This document shows, piece after piece, positions 63,675-64,000 of a stretch of DNA of 64,000 nucleotides (position 1 is the stretch's first letter; every line of letters starts with the position of its first letter). Position numbers and translations under genes: made by a program. Source of the stretch: a virus; the IMG/VR virus record IMGVR_UViG_3300031603_000001, positions 96,001 through 160,000 of that record. One strand, 5' to 3'. Below the pieces are notes generated by a model, which was not told where the DNA came from, did no database searches, and worked only from the letters and a program-made list of their open reading frames with translations.

Positions 63675-64000
63675 TACGTACTAGGCGGCGGCTTTCTTAG
63701 CCTTCTTCTCCTCGCCTGATTGAATATTAACAGCCCATAAACTACAACCCCCGAGGCAGTCTTTGAAGATGCTCTTAGCTTTGGTCTTTACCTTTGTGCC
63801 ATCTATGAGTCTGACGTAACCACGGTATTTAGCCTTGGTCAGTTGACGACGTGTAATGAGTACAGGTCCATCAGCTGTGTCCAAGGTAAGTCCCTTGACC
63901 TCATGAGCCCCATGCTCTGAGTGATGACGCCCTTCCACTGGAGTGTGGAAGCCACTGTTGGTATGTGTTTGATTGGACATTTAAGTCTTCCTTCTTAGTT

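Noticed and set aside
1-64000. Stop-codon reassignment (code 15 or 4), as in some jumbo phages
   Set aside because: Conserved genes are intact in code 11, TAG and TGA terminate tightly packed genes, and no CTA or TCA suppressor tRNA was found.

Overview
This window looks like part of a large (jumbo-type) bacteriophage genome. Essentially every credible gene is on the minus strand, and the standard genetic code fits. From 1 to 20 kb it carries a replication, recombination and nucleotide-metabolism module: a family-A DNA polymerase with an N-terminal UDG-like domain (runs off the window), a plant Whirly-like ssDNA-binding protein, ATP-dependent ligase, RecA, a DEDDh exonuclease, ThyX, GroES, RuvC, an Hjc-like nuclease and a probable sliding clamp. 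From about 20.6 to 36.4 kb lies a tRNA/ncRNA array, with outliers at 54, 56, 60 and 63 kb. It holds 23 canonical-looking tRNAs and several tRNA-like RNAs with remodelled arms. RNA-repair and tRNA-maintenance genes are dispersed across the window: Thg1, an Rnl5-type RNA ligase, a truncated RtcB, Pth2, phosphoesterases and NADAR. The standout is a seven-copy ncRNA family with a conserved terminal stem (5' AACCYYACAGCAA ... GGTT(AC/GG)CG(C/A)AAG(G)TT 3'). Four copies enclose a circularly permuted tRNA module (T arm, loop-closed acceptor stem, D arm) that appears to derive from four different parent tRNAs. The first copy lies 18 nt downstream of a TROVE-like/DUF2828 vWA gene. This resembles a Ro60-Y RNA (YrlA-like) system, but it is built on the DUF2828 family and is expanded and diversified in a phage. 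All calls come from manual reading and motif recall; no database search was run.
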